A stretch of DNA of 64,000 bases from Clostridia bacterium (GTDB lineage Bacteria > Bacillota > Clostridia > UMGS1883), in the NCBI GenBank assembly GCA_045591265.1, contig JAZNSQ010000003.1, positions 20,150 through 84,149 on the forward strand, given 5' to 3'. Both the position numbers and the translations under genes were made by a program. The notes below the pieces were generated by a model that was given only the letters and a program-made list of their open reading frames with translations, ran no database searches and was not told the origin of the DNA. Below, piece after piece: positions 21,071-30,868 of this stretch. How positions within the stretch are numbered: the first letter of the stretch is position 1; every line of letters begins with the position of its first letter.

Positions 21071-22435
21071 TCATTTCATCATTTTTTGTTCTAATTCCAT
21101 ATTTCTTTTCTGTCGGTTTTCACGCCTTTTTTCGCGGAGCTTTCTTCTCCTTCTGCGTTCAATGTTGACATAAACTATTAAGGCGATAATTATAACAACA
21201 AAAATCCAGACTGAGGTAAAAAACCATACTACTTTGTTAACAAGAAATTTGAGCGGGTCAAAGTTATAGTCTTTATCGGCTACAAGCTCTACCATTCCCG
21301 CCTCCTTGCCATTTACAAAGTAGGTCCTCTCTCCTAATTTTTCCCCTTTTTTTACGGGAGCTTTCACACTGTCAACTACATTATCTTCAAAGGTGACTTT
21401 AATCTCACCGTCTTCTTTATGGCGAAGTACGTCTAACCTTTTTTGAGTCTGTAATATGACCTTTTCTGTTCGGCGTGCATTTAAGAGCTTTGTTTGTGAC
21501 ACTATCTCGCCCTCTTTTACGATGAGGCGCGCGGTATAGTTATTAAAAACAAATTCAAATAAATTTATGCAGTCAGAAAAGCTGAGAATTTCCTTTTCCT
21601 CTGTTTCTGCTTTAAAAACAAGGCACAAAAGCTCTTTCCCATTTTTTTGTGCAGTTGCTGCAATACAGCTTTTCGCTTCCTTGGTGTAACCCGTTTTAAA
21701 GCCCGTTGCATATTTATAGTAATAATCATTTCTTATGCCAGTGCTTACAAGATAGTTTTTGTTGATTATCTTTCTTTCCTTATCACATTTTTCCGTCGCA
21801 GGAATGATATATGAAGGCGTTTTTACAATTTCTCTTAAGCTCTCATTTTTAAACGCATACATACAAAGCTTTGCCATATCGTTTGCAGTTGTAAAGTGTC
21901 TTTCATCGTGATTTCCGATAGGATTCGTAAAGTTTGTATTTTTCATTCCAAGCTCTTTGGCTTTTTCATTCATTTTTTGAGTAAATTTTTCAATGCTTCC
22001 CCCAATATGCTCCGCCAAAACGTTTGCTGCATCTGAAGAAGATGTAAGCATCATTGCATAAAGAAGCTGCCTTACCGAAAGTCTTTCATCTTTTATAATT
22101 CCAAGCTTGCTTTCCCCTTGCTTTACATTTGAAAGTGCAGTTTCTTTTGCGGTGACAACCTCTTCTATATTTCCATTTTCAAGTGTGAGGATGGCTGTCA
22201 TTATTGTTGTAAGATTTGCGGGATAAACCTTTTCATTAGGCTTTCTCTTAAATAAAACAGTGCCTGTTTTCATATCAAGCAAAAGCACATTTGGAGAACG
22301 TGCAGTGAGTTTATCCTCTACCACAATTTCCTCTTTTTTCTCCTCTTCTACACTAAAAGCAGGAACTGTGGCAGAAAAGAAGGTAAGCACCACCAAAGTG
22401 AAAATTATTAAATTTTTAAGTAATTTCTTCAGCAT
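21071..22435 (-). CDS. Serine-type D-alanyl-D-alanine carboxypeptidase (PBP5/DacB-like).
   Basis: Signal peptide, SxxK-containing N-terminal S11 peptidase region, and a C-terminal transmembrane segment plus Arg/Lys-rich tail. Confidence 0.8.
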   Translation of the reverse strand: MLKKLLKNLIIFTLVVLTFFSATVPAFSVEEEKKEEIVVEDKLTARSPNVLLLDMKTGTVLFKRKPNEKVYPANLTTIMTAILTLENGNIEEVVTAKETALSNVKQGESKLGIIKDERLSVRQLLYAMMLTSSSDAANVLAEHIGGSIEKFTQKMNEKAKELGMKNTNFTNPIGNHDERHFTTANDMAKLCMYAFKNESLREIVKTPSYIIPATEKCDKERKIINKNYLVSTGIRNDYYYKYATGFKTGYTKEAKSCIAATAQKNGKELLCLVFKAETEEKEILSFSDCINLFEFVFNNYTARLIVKEGEIVSQTKLLNARRTEKVILQTQKRLDVLRHKEDGEIKVTFEDNVVDSVKAPVKKGEKLGERTYFVNGKEAGMVELVADKDYNFDPLKFLVNKVVWFFTSVWIFVVIIIALIVYVNIERRRRRKLREKRRENRQKRNMELEQKMMK

Positions 22436-22440
22436 ACCAT

Positions 22441-23607
22441 CTAATCCTTTAATAATATTTCTATTGCTTTTTCTAAAGCTTCATCTGCCGTGGTTGTTTC
22501 GTCATCCTTTATTTCATAGTCGGGAATTATCTTTTCATTTATCCATCTGCCGTTCGGAGTATAATTCTTTAGGGTCGTAATCTTTATTACTCCATCTTTT
22601 TCATCAACTGAGTTTATGTTAATTACAGCCTGACTTACTCCCTTGCCATATGTTTTTTCACCAACTATGACTGCTCTTTTGTTATCCTTAAGTGACCCTG
22701 CAAATATTTCTGTTGCACTTGCACTTGAAGAATCAACCAGTAGCGCCAAAGGAATACCGTAGCTTCCTTTTTCTGCGGTGTAGACAGTTTTATTGTCTTT
22801 TTTATCAAGAGTATACATTATTGTTCCGCTATCTAAAAACATATCTGTCACTCTTATTGCCGAGTCAAAATCCCCGCCGGGATTTGCACGAACATCTATA
22901 ACAAGACCTTTTACATTTTTCTTAATAAGGTCATCTATTGCTTTTTTCAGGTTTTTTTCGGAGGTTTGTGTAAAACCCTTATACTTTACAACTCCTATAT
23001 TTTCTTTAGTTATCTCATATTCAACCTTGTAAAGGTCAATTCTTTCTCTTTTAACTGTGAAATCTAATTCCTCTCCGTTTCTTAAGACGGTAAGTCTGAC
23101 CTGTGTTCCTTCAACATTTTTATCTTTATCTCCGCGCATATAGGCGGATGCTTTGTTTACATCCTCTGCAGTATACAATGTATCATCTATTTTGAGAATC
23201 AGATCGCCTTGTTTTATACCTGACTTAAAAGACGGTCCGTCATTGTATACACTCGCAACCTCAATTCTATCTTTTTCTGTGTTTGCAAATATCTCAAGAC
23301 CGACGCCTACATAGTATCCGTTTATGATTTCAAACACTTCGCCTGCTTCACTTTCAGTGTAGTATGACGCGTATTTGTCATTGGTGCTTAAAAGAAGTGC
23401 GCGGATAGCTTCATCCTCTGCTTTTTCGGGGTTAAAATCTCCAATATAGCTCTCTTTTATTATTTTCTGAGCGCGCATAAGCCTTTTATATCCGCCATTA
23501 AATTTTCCGATTACAAGCACAGTGGCAGCAACCGTTATTATACAGGTTGCTGCACACGCTTTAATAATTCTTTTTAAGTTGTTGTGATTTTCCTCCAAGA
23601 GTTTCAC
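22441..23607 (-). CDS. ctpA: S41-family C-terminal processing protease.
   Basis: N-terminal transmembrane segment, a PDZ region, and the TYGKG/SASATEIFAG S41 catalytic region. Confidence 0.85.
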   Translation of the reverse strand: MKLLEENHNNLKRIIKACAATCIITVAATVLVIGKFNGGYKRLMRAQKIIKESYIGDFNPEKAEDEAIRALLLSTNDKYASYYTESEAGEVFEIINGYYVGVGLEIFANTEKDRIEVASVYNDGPSFKSGIKQGDLILKIDDTLYTAEDVNKASAYMRGDKDKNVEGTQVRLTVLRNGEELDFTVKRERIDLYKVEYEITKENIGVVKYKGFTQTSEKNLKKAIDDLIKKNVKGLVIDVRANPGGDFDSAIRVTDMFLDSGTIMYTLDKKDNKTVYTAEKGSYGIPLALLVDSSSASATEIFAGSLKDNKRAVIVGEKTYGKGVSQAVININSVDEKDGVIKITTLKNYTPNGRWINEKIIPDYEIKDDETTTADEALEKAIEILLKD

Positions 23608-24765
23608 CTACTTAAGATATTGAATGGGATTTGTCGTAGAGCCGTTTACGCGCACCTCAAAATGAAGGTGCGGACCCGTAGACACACCCGTAGAGCCTGC
23701 CTTTGCAATGACTTGCCCTTTTGTAACCTTCTGCCCTTTACTAACCAGAAGCACACTGTTATGACCATAAAGAGTCGAGATACCGCTTCCGTGGTTAATT
23801 ATAAGGCATTTTCCGTAACCGCCGTTATCGGCAGAAAGTGTTACTGTGCCGTCTGCCGCAGCAACGATGTCAACACCGTATCCCGCGGCAATATCTATTC
23901 CCGAATGAAATTTTTTAGAGCCGTAAACGGGGTGAATTCTGTATCCATACTCACTTGTTATTCTTTTACTTGAGGGCACTGGCCAAGCCATCACACCGCC
24001 TGAATACTTAACGGGGTTAGCACCGTAACTCATCGCACTTTGGTTTTCACGGATAAGCTGTGCTTCTGCTGCTTCTGCCGCTTCATATATTGCTTTATAC
24101 TTTTCGACATCTTTTTCAAGCTCATTTAAAAGCTTTTGCTTTTCTGCGAGGCTCGTTTCAAGCGTTTGTTTTTTTAAAGTGAGTGCCTCTGCACTTTCTT
24201 TTTGACGCTTCAGGATATCCTCCATCTCTTTTTTTGCATCTTCAATGGTCTTTTTAATTTTTCCAAGCTCATCTAATATATTCTTATCATATGACATAAG
24301 CTGGGAAACTATCTCAATCTTTGAAAGTAAATCACTAAAAGACTCTGCCCCGAAGATAATTTCAAGATATCCTGTAGAGCTGTTTTCATACATAACACGG
24401 GCACGTGTAAGAAATGTACCTTTTTGCTCCTGATACCTCTCTTCTGCAACCTTAAGCTCTTCTTCTTTTGTCTGAAGATCTTTTTGAGTCTGCTCAATCT
24501 GCTTTTCTATCATACCGATTTCATCCTCGGTATTTGCAATCTGGCGATCAAGTGCATTATACTGATTGACTGCCTGCTTCCTTTTTTCCTCTGCCTTTGA
24601 AACATCCTTCTTTGCGCTTTCCGTTTTCTTTTTCGCATCATTAAGCTGCTGCTGTGTGGGAGCAGCACTTACCGCAGGGCCTATTATGCTTATAAAAAAG
24701 GCAAAAACAACTAATGCAGCACAGAAGATTGCCGCTATTCTTTTGATTTTATTTTTTTCATTCAT
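23608..24765 (-). CDS. M23-family peptidoglycan metalloendopeptidase with an N-terminal coiled coil (EnvC-like).
   Basis: Long coiled-coil region followed by HSGIDIAA...GSTGVSTGPHLHFE M23 motifs. Confidence 0.8.
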   Translation of the reverse strand: MNEKNKIKRIAAIFCAALVVFAFFISIIGPAVSAAPTQQQLNDAKKKTESAKKDVSKAEEKRKQAVNQYNALDRQIANTEDEIGMIEKQIEQTQKDLQTKEEELKVAEERYQEQKGTFLTRARVMYENSSTGYLEIIFGAESFSDLLSKIEIVSQLMSYDKNILDELGKIKKTIEDAKKEMEDILKRQKESAEALTLKKQTLETSLAEKQKLLNELEKDVEKYKAIYEAAEAAEAQLIRENQSAMSYGANPVKYSGGVMAWPVPSSKRITSEYGYRIHPVYGSKKFHSGIDIAAGYGVDIVAAADGTVTLSADNGGYGKCLIINHGSGISTLYGHNSVLLVSKGQKVTKGQVIAKAGSTGVSTGPHLHFEVRVNGSTTNPIQYLK

Positions 24766-24778
24766 AAAGACACCTCAA

Positions 24779-25714
24779 TCAGACTTTAAGATGGCGTTTA
24801 AGCGAAAGTGCACTTCCGGCAGCCCCCATAAACACACCAAAGATTGCCATTGCAATACCGAGCGGAATAGCGCAAAGCTCAATCGGTAAAAATTCAAAGA
24901 GGGCAATGAGGCTCTTTACTGCACCGATAACTGCATTATATCCCATAAGAATGACTACATACGAAAATACAAATCCGAGTGCACCGATTATAACACCCTC
25001 AATAACAAATGGCATACGGATAAATCGGTCTGTCGCGCCAACGAATTTCATAATATGTACTTCTTCTTCACGAGCGTAAACGCTTAATTTAATGGTATTT
25101 TGAATAATGAATACCGCTATTAAAAGAAGAATAAGCATTGTAAGAAGGCTTCCGCGTTCAACAACGCCCGTGAATTTTATAACCTTGTCTACAATGTCTT
25201 GCCTGTTTTTTACTGTTTCAATACCGGAAATCTTTTTAATTTCCTCGGCAGTTACTTTAGAGTTTCTTATGTCCTTTAAAGACACTTTGATTGAGCTTCT
25301 TAAAAAATCATTAGCCTCTATTCCCTCTAAAACATCGGCATTTTCACCAAGCATCTCTTTGTAATTTGAAAGTGCCTGCTCCTTTGTTTCAATTGTTGCG
25401 TCCGAAACATTTTCTAAGGCAAGTATGTTATTATAGGCGTTTTGCTGAACATCAGCATCTGCCTCCATATTAAGATACGCCTGAATTTCACATTGAGATT
25501 CTATCTGCTTGCTTATATAGTTTAAGTTTACCGTAAAAAGTAAAAATGCACCAAAAAGAAAGAGGCAGCACGTTACTGTTATGAAAGAAGCAAACGTCAT
25601 TATACCGTTGCGGACAAATGAGCTTGCCGCACTTTTTATATAATATCTTAAATTCCTAAATACCAAGATTATACACCCCGTTTTCTTCGTCACGAACGAT
25701 ACTTCCGCCCTCAA
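24779..25714 (-). CDS. ftsX: Cell-division permease FtsX.
   Basis: NLRYYIKSAASSFVRNGIMTFASFITVT N-terminal region matches the FtsX family, with four C-terminal transmembrane segments. The annotated ATG overlaps ftsE by 59 nt, and an in-frame GTG near 25693 is an alternative start. Confidence 0.8.
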   Translation of the reverse strand: MRAEVSFVTKKTGCIILVFRNLRYYIKSAASSFVRNGIMTFASFITVTCCLFLFGAFLLFTVNLNYISKQIESQCEIQAYLNMEADADVQQNAYNNILALENVSDATIETKEQALSNYKEMLGENADVLEGIEANDFLRSSIKVSLKDIRNSKVTAEEIKKISGIETVKNRQDIVDKVIKFTGVVERGSLLTMLILLLIAVFIIQNTIKLSVYAREEEVHIMKFVGATDRFIRMPFVIEGVIIGALGFVFSYVVILMGYNAVIGAVKSLIALFEFLPIELCAIPLGIAMAIFGVFMGAAGSALSLKRHLKV

Positions 25715-26342
25715 GCTGAATTACGCGTTTACACATATCGTTTACGATTTTTTCTGAATGGGTTACCATAACAATTGTTGTGCCCATTTTATTTATATCG
25801 TCAAAAAGCTTCATAACATCGGAAGAAGTTTCAACGTCAAGATTACCTGTCGGCTCATCTGCGATGATTAATGACGGGCTGTTTACAAGCGCCCTTGCAA
25901 TGCTTACGCGCTGCTGTTCGCCGCCCGAGATTTCGTTGGGGTAATTGTTTGCCCTTTCGGCTAATCCTACAAGAGCAAGAATTTTAGGAACTTTACGGCG
26001 GATTTCCTTTCTGCTCTTTCCTATGATTTCCATAGCAAAAGCAACATTTTCAAAAACTGTTTTATTCGGAAGAAGTCTAAAATCCTGAAAAACTACACCC
26101 TGCGCTCTTCTTAAATAAGGAATTTTTGACCTTCGGAGTGAATTCACAATAATTCCGTCAATCGTAACATCACCCGACTTTGGCTTTATTTCTCCCGTGA
26201 GCAGTTTAATCGCGGAGCTTTTGCCCGCACCTGTCTTACCAACTAAAAAGACAAATTCACCGTCTTCTATTTTAAATGAAACATTATCAAGAGCAACGAC
26301 ATTGTTGTCGTACGTAACGGTAACGTTTTTAAATTCTATCAC
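25656..26342 (-). CDS. ftsE: Cell-division ATP-binding protein FtsE.
   Basis: Walker [13 protein letters not shown] signature [15 protein letters not shown] and Walker [12 protein letters not shown], 228 aa. Confidence 0.9.
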   Translation of the reverse strand: MIEFKNVTVTYDNNVVALDNVSFKIEDGEFVFLVGKTGAGKSSAIKLLTGEIKPKSGDVTIDGIIVNSLRRSKIPYLRRAQGVVFQDFRLLPNKTVFENVAFAMEIIGKSRKEIRRKVPKILALVGLAERANNYPNEISGGEQQRVSIARALVNSPSLIIADEPTGNLDVETSSDVMKLFDDINKMGTTIVMVTHSEKIVNDMCKRVIQLEGGSIVRDEENGVYNLGI

Positions 26343-26364
26343 TTAAAATCTTCCTTTCGTATTT

Positions 26365-27453
26365 TCATATACGCATTGGTTTTGAAACAAGATACTTCTT
26401 AACCATAAGTGCAACCTTAAACACAATTGCATGCTCAAAATTACGAAGGTCAAGCTCTGTAATCTTGCGAACCTTATCAAGTCTGTAAACCAAGGTATTT
26501 CTATGTATAAACAGCTGACGCGACGTTTCGGAAACATTTAAGTTGTTTTCAAAAAACTTCTGTATTGTAAGAAGTGTTTCTGAATCGAGAGAATCAAGTG
26601 TGCCTTTCTTAAAGACCTCTGACAAAAAGAGTTCACAAAGCGTTGTAGGAAGCTGATAAATCAGCCTTGCAATTCCGAGATTGTCATAGCTTATTATATA
26701 CTTATCCTCGTCAAATACCTTTCCTACTTCAAGAGAAATTCTGGCTTCTTTATAGCTTTTTGCAATATCCTTAAGATTATCTGCAACAGAACCTATACCA
26801 ACTCTTACATTAACCATTGCCTCAGACATAATGGTATCTGCATACTGATGAGCAATCTTTTCAAGCTCCTGACTTGTTAATTCCTTTTCAAACTCATGCA
26901 CGATAACAACAATATTGTTATCCATATCCAAAACGAAATTCTTGTTATTTTCTGAAAAAAGCTCATTTACCATTTCGTAGACGTCAACACTTTGATTTTC
27001 GTCATACAAAATTGCAAAAGCAACTCTCACCGCATCGTAACTGAGCCTCAGCTCCCTGCTTTTAACAAAAACCTCTCCGGGAAGTATACTGTCTGTAAGA
27101 ATATTTTTAATAAAGTTTGACTTATCAAACTTATCATTATGCATAAGACGAATTCCGTTTGCACTGGAAGAAAGCATCATAACATATTTTGCAGCATTTT
27201 CATCAACAGATTCTACAAAAGTAACATAATCAATCTTTCCCCTTGTTACGCTTGCATAAAACGTGTAGCCAAGATGCTGTACGATATGGCTTTTTTCTGC
27301 AAGGCACAGAGCAAAAATCTCTTCATACTTTTCTTCCAAAACGGAGGCAGACGAAGAAGAAACGACTATTCCGCTTCTTTCGATTACGCCAACCTTAAAG
27401 CCTAAAATTTTGCTTGTCTGAACAAGCATATTGTTAAGGTATTTATTAATCAA
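26365..27453 (-). CDS. PucR/CdaR-family transcriptional regulator.
   Basis: C-terminal PucR-type helix-turn-helix (FIHRNTLVYRLDKVRKITELDLRN). Confidence 0.7.
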   Translation of the reverse strand: MINKYLNNMLVQTSKILGFKVGVIERSGIVVSSSSASVLEEKYEEIFALCLAEKSHIVQHLGYTFYASVTRGKIDYVTFVESVDENAAKYVMMLSSSANGIRLMHNDKFDKSNFIKNILTDSILPGEVFVKSRELRLSYDAVRVAFAILYDENQSVDVYEMVNELFSENNKNFVLDMDNNIVVIVHEFEKELTSQELEKIAHQYADTIMSEAMVNVRVGIGSVADNLKDIAKSYKEARISLEVGKVFDEDKYIISYDNLGIARLIYQLPTTLCELFLSEVFKKGTLDSLDSETLLTIQKFFENNLNVSETSRQLFIHRNTLVYRLDKVRKITELDLRNFEHAIVFKVALMVKKYLVSKPMRI

Positions 27454-27640
27454 AAATTTACCCTTCTTCCCATTTTGTATTCTTTAATATGATACCATTA
27501 AACAAAAGATTTTTCAACATATTTTTGTTATTCTTTACAAAATAATTACAATTTTAACGCATCTTCTCTATAATCACTGACAAAAGAGTATCGATAAGCA
27601 TAAAATATTAATGTAAAACTATAATGAAAGGAAAATCCGA

Positions 27641-27853
27641 ATGCTTGCTACTGTAGCTTCCATTACTTCAGCAAACAGAATAAAAAAACGTGCAACAGAA
27701 TATGGAATTGATGTCAGGGTAATGCAGACCCCCTCACATCTTACAAAGGAAGGTTGCGGCTACAGTCTCCGTTTTGAAGATTGTTATAAAGATATGATAA
27801 GTGAAATTGCCACAGATTTGAAAATAAAAATAAGGTCATACCATATAGTTTAG
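27641..27853 (+). CDS. DUF3343-like small protein (putative sulfur/selenium carrier-like).
   Basis: A 70-aa ORF immediately upstream of a class V aminotransferase, the usual DUF3343 arrangement. GGAAA ribosome-binding site. Confidence 0.5.
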   Translation: MLATVASITSANRIKKRATEYGIDVRVMQTPSHLTKEGCGYSLRFEDCYKDMISEIATDLKIKIRSYHIV

Positions 27854-27869
27854 TTTTAAGGAGAAGTAA

Positions 27870-28979
27870 ATGATATATCTTGATAATGCAGCTACCACCT
27901 TTCCAAAACCGCCCGAAGTAATTAATGAGGTAACAAATCTTATAGAGAATTTCGGCGGGAATCCGGGCCGCGGCGGACATAGAATTTCAAGAATGTGCGC
28001 TGAAAAGGTATACAGTTGCAGAGAAAACCTCTCAAAGCTTATAAATAATGACAATCCTGAAAGGATAGTCTTTACGAAAAACACTACCGAAGCTCTGAAC
28101 TTGGCAATAAAGGGATGCTTAAAAGAAGGTGACGAAGTAATCATTTCTTCTATGGAGCATAACAGTGTACTTCGAAGCGTAATTTCTCTTGAAAAATTGG
28201 GAGTAAGCGCAAAAATTGCCCGTGCAGACAGCAAAGGATACGTTAGTGCGGAATGCATAAAAAGCCTTATTACTCCAAAAACAAAGCTTGTTTGCGTTGT
28301 TCATTCTTCAAACGTTGTGGGTACAGTAAATCCAATAGATGAAATATGCAAAATGGCAAGAGAAAAGGGCGTTTATACACTTGTTGACTGCGCGCAATCA
28401 GGGGGCATTATCCCAATAGAGTGTAAATACCTCGATATGGCAGCATTTGCAGGACATAAAGGGTTATTCGGTCCGTTCGGGACAGGTGCGCTTTATATTC
28501 GCGAAGGAATAGAGCTTGATCCTCTTTTATATGGTGGCACGGGAAGTATGTCAGAAAGCGCCACAATGCCTTCTCACCTTCCTGACAGATTTGAAGCAGG
28601 TACTTTAAATGCTGCGGGGATTGCAGGACTTAACGAGGGTATAAAATTTGTTATGCGTGAAGGAGTTTATGAAAAAGAAACCCTTCTTACAAAAAGATTG
28701 GTTGAAAATTTGTCCGTAATAAAAGGGGTAAAGGTACTTGGAATTCCCCATGCGGGTGCAGTGGGAGTGTTATTATCAAAGCATGACCCGGTTGATATTT
28801 CTTCGCGTCTTGACTCAGAATACGATATTGCGGTACGTTCAGGGCTTCACTGCTCGCCCCTTGCCCACAGGACTTTAGGCACTATTACAAGCGGACTTCT
28901 ACGCTTTTCTCCGTCATTTTTTAATACAATTGAAGAAATTGACTATGCTTCAGGCGCACTGAATAAAGTTATAAACTAA
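27870..28979 (+). CDS. Cysteine desulfurase-family class V aminotransferase.
   Basis: IYLDNAATTFPKP N-terminus, an HK(G) PLP-lysine region (AFAGHKGLFGP) and a C-terminal SGLHCSP. Confidence 0.85.
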   Translation: MIYLDNAATTFPKPPEVINEVTNLIENFGGNPGRGGHRISRMCAEKVYSCRENLSKLINNDNPERIVFTKNTTEALNLAIKGCLKEGDEVIISSMEHNSVLRSVISLEKLGVSAKIARADSKGYVSAECIKSLITPKTKLVCVVHSSNVVGTVNPIDEICKMAREKGVYTLVDCAQSGGIIPIECKYLDMAAFAGHKGLFGPFGTGALYIREGIELDPLLYGGTGSMSESATMPSHLPDRFEAGTLNAAGIAGLNEGIKFVMREGVYEKETLLTKRLVENLSVIKGVKVLGIPHAGAVGVLLSKHDPVDISSRLDSEYDIAVRSGLHCSPLAHRTLGTITSGLLRFSPSFFNTIEEIDYASGALNKVIN

Positions 28980-29069
28980 AAATTTGAAAATATTTTAAAA
29001 AAACACTTTAACTGCCTTTGTTTTTATAGTATAATTAAAATAGATTAGTTTATTGTAAAGGCGGTTAGA

Positions 29070-29918
29070 GTGGTGTTTCAGGATTTTTTATACAGCTTGC
29101 CCGAATTCATTATGACACTTCGGATAACAGACATACTTGATATTATCATTGTAGCTTATCTTTTCTACAAGCTTGGCTCAATCGTTCGCGAAACAAGGGC
29201 CGGCACTCTTATAAAGGGTATAATTTTACTTCTTGTTTTTACGTGGATAAGCACGATAATGCAATTAAATACCATTAATTACATATTAAGAAACGTAATG
29301 CAGTTTGGTGTTATTGCCTTTTTGGTTGTATTTCAGCCTGAGCTTAGGCGCGCACTTGAAAAAGTGGGAAGAACTAACCTTTCTACATTCTTTTCCTCTG
29401 AAAAGGATTATGTTGAGGATTTGGCAACGCAGGTTGCATCCGCTGCTTCTGCAATGAGTGCGAGGCGTATTGGTGCTCTTATCGTTTTAGAGCGTGGCAC
29501 CAAAATTGGAGACATCGTAAGAACAGGCTCTCTTATAGATTCAAATGTATCGAGTGAGCTTCTGGTAAACATTTTTATCCCCAACACACCTCTTCATGAC
29601 GGTGCGGTAATAATCCGCGAAAACAGAATTTTAGCGGCTGGATGCATTCTCCCCCTTACTCATAACGAAACGCTCAGTCAGGAGTTCGGGACAAGGCACA
29701 GGGCTGCACTTGGTCTTTCAGAAAGTTCTGATTCCGCTGTAATTGTAGTAAGTGAAGAAACGGGGAAAATCAGCTTTACAATGAATGGTAATATGAGCCG
29801 TAATTATACTGAAGATACACTGAAAAAGGCTATTATAAAGGCGCTTTCTCCTGATGCAACTCAATCTAAAAAGAAAGAGTCATCATTTATAACAAAATGG
29901 AAGGAGCGCTTAAAATGA
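29070..29918 (+). CDS. cdaA: Diadenylate cyclase CdaA (c-di-AMP synthase).
   Basis: Three N-terminal transmembrane segments and DisA_N motifs DGAVIIRENRILAAGCILPLT and RHRAALGLSE..SDSAVIVVSEETG. Confidence 0.9.
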   Translation: MVFQDFLYSLPEFIMTLRITDILDIIIVAYLFYKLGSIVRETRAGTLIKGIILLLVFTWISTIMQLNTINYILRNVMQFGVIAFLVVFQPELRRALEKVGRTNLSTFFSSEKDYVEDLATQVASAASAMSARRIGALIVLERGTKIGDIVRTGSLIDSNVSSELLVNIFIPNTPLHDGAVIIRENRILAAGCILPLTHNETLSQEFGTRHRAALGLSESSDSAVIVVSEETGKISFTMNGNMSRNYTEDTLKKAIIKALSPDATQSKKKESSFITKWKERLK

Positions 29919-30841
29919 ATATATTTGGCAAAAACAAACTAACACTTAAAATCGTCTGCACAATATTTGCCGTGATGATGTGGTTTTACGTTTCCTATCA
30001 GGAAAACCCAACAATGTCAAAAACCGTTAAAAACGTTCCTTTGGCAATTACAGGAGAGCAGGCGCTTAAAGAAAATGGATTTGCAGTATATAAAATTTCA
30101 GATACAAGCGTTGATGTTAAAGTAACTGCAAAAAGAACAACGCTTGGAAAAAACTCAAAGAAAACACTTTCTGCCGTAATAAACGTTTCTTCAATAAACG
30201 AAGAAGGAGAATATGAGCTTTCCCCTACCGTAAATGCGGCAACTTCAGATGCAACATACTACGTTAAAGGTAAGGATATAAGGGTTATTGTTGAACCTAT
30301 TGTTGAAAAATCAATTAAAATAAGGGCAGATATTGCAGAAAGCCCCAATCCTGAACTTATCATAAAAGAGAGCAGGACAATTCCTGAAAAAGTCACAGTT
30401 TCAGCGCCAAAAAGCATTGCTAACGATATTTTAGAAGTCAGGACAGAGCAGATTGTTCCTGAAAATGATAAGGTCACGGAAATAAAAGACGTAAATCTTA
30501 TTGCAATCGGTAAAAACGGAAAACCGCTTGAATGGGCAGAATGTACTCCTTCATCGGTAGATGTGAAATACAGCTTTTATGATGTTAAGACCGTTCCCGT
30601 TGTACTTAAAACATCTGACGGGAATACACATTCGCTTTCTTCTGACTACACGGTAAAAATATACGGCTCCGGCGAGAAATTTGAAAGAATTGAAAATGTC
30701 AAAACAGAGGTTCTTAACCTATCACAGTACTCCCCTTCTGATTCCGTGAGAGTTAAGCTGTCTCTTCCCGAATCGGTATATCTTGCAAGTGATGTAAACG
30801 AAATTGAAATAAAACTTTCAAAAAACTTATTTTCTAAATAA
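29897..30841 (+). CDS. cdaR: CdaR (YbbR-domain) regulator of CdaA.
   Basis: N-terminal transmembrane segment followed by repeated YbbR-like beta domains. Overlaps cdaA in operon fashion. Confidence 0.8.
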   Translation: MEGALKMNIFGKNKLTLKIVCTIFAVMMWFYVSYQENPTMSKTVKNVPLAITGEQALKENGFAVYKISDTSVDVKVTAKRTTLGKNSKKTLSAVINVSSINEEGEYELSPTVNAATSDATYYVKGKDIRVIVEPIVEKSIKIRADIAESPNPELIIKESRTIPEKVTVSAPKSIANDILEVRTEQIVPENDKVTEIKDVNLIAIGKNGKPLEWAECTPSSVDVKYSFYDVKTVPVVLKTSDGNTHSLSSDYTVKIYGSGEKFERIENVKTEVLNLSQYSPSDSVRVKLSLPESVYLASDVNEIEIKLSKNLFSK

Positions 30842-30868
30842 AAAAAGCCCGTGAGGGCTTTTTTTATT
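30841..30868. terminator. Bidirectional Rho-independent terminator.
   Basis: aaaaaagcccgtgagggcttttttt between convergent cdaR (+) and the cysteine-rich ORF (-). Confidence 0.75.

Noticed and set aside
26343-26537. 64-aa minus-strand ORF between ftsE and the PucR regulator.
   Set aside because: It overlaps the 3' end of the PucR-family gene in another frame and has no ribosome-binding site. It is spurious.
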